Shown piece after piece: positions 63,666-64,000 of a DNA stretch of 64,000 nt. The stretch comes from Nitrosopumilus sp. (lineage in GTDB: Archaea; Thermoproteota; Nitrososphaeria; Nitrososphaerales; Nitrosopumilaceae). The translations under genes were made by a program, and so were the position numbers. Under the pieces are notes generated by a model, which was not told the DNA's origin, made no database searches, and saw only the letters and a program-made list of their open reading frames with translations. Within the stretch, counting starts at the first letter, position 1. Each line of letters begins with the position of its first letter. Where the stretch lies: the NCBI GenBank assembly GCA_965214775.1, contig OZ243974.1, positions 256,001 through 320,000 of the forward strand, written 5' to 3'.

Positions 63666-63731
63666 GGTTTTCTCCCATATTTTTTGTAATTACAAGCTTG
63701 GCACTGTCATTTGCTTTTTTTACTACTGTCA

Positions 63732-63970
63732 TATAGCAACTGGCAGAAGTCTTTGAGTCAAAACATGGTCAGATTGCCCGTGAAAGACCTCAATTATTTG
63801 TGAGTGCTGATAGTATCCTTTTCAATTAAAAAAAATCCAGGAGGCCATATCCAGTCTTTCCAGAAACATCCTTTAGTAGCGTCCTGCAGGCAGTGACGTA
63901 GTGCGTGCAGGAGGCCTAATTTGTATCGTATCGAATTTGGAGCCATCTTGTGTAAAACTACTGCAGACTG
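63732..63970. mobile_element. Diverged MITE H (63732-63812) and MITE I (63852-63970)
   Basis: AAGTCTTTGAGTCAAA..CCTCAATTATTT; CAGTCTTTCCAG..TTTGGAGCC..AGACTG. Confidence 0.7.
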
Positions 63971-64000
63971 GGCCAGGATGTAGATTTATTATTGAGCATA

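Overview
Genomic DNA of an ammonia-oxidising archaeon (Nitrosopumilaceae, Thaumarchaeota). Markers are topoisomerase IB, the 3-HP/4-HB cycle pair (ADP-forming acyl-CoA synthetase plus enoyl-CoA hydratase), methylmalonyl-CoA epimerase, PolB, DnaG, proteasome alpha and an intron-containing tRNA-Met. A secreted serpin, a TPR protein, decaying genes (tpiA) and a heavy load of MITEs and IS relics suggest a host-associated lineage, possibly a sponge symbiont (inference). I count more than 10 MITE families, several nested. Accessory islands lie at about 16.2-21.3, 32.2-41.2, 42.2-49.3 and 60.7-64 kb. The most striking unexplained signal is three unrelated loci that each carry a repeat-filler-repeat insertion with a period of exactly 73 bp. 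Two are a 37-bp target duplication plus 36 bp of foreign filler, and both break genes. This geometry is what off-target Cas1-Cas2 spacer integration would leave. Other candidates are an unrecognised helical protein family heading two three-gene cassettes (one ending in HEPN), a frameshifted Doc-TPR fusion, a CARF-like/PIN/RNase J-like island, a fused HTH-nucleotidyltransferase, and a 5'-truncated long-variable-arm tRNA with a UAU anticodon. All calls come from reading the sequence by eye; no searches were run.
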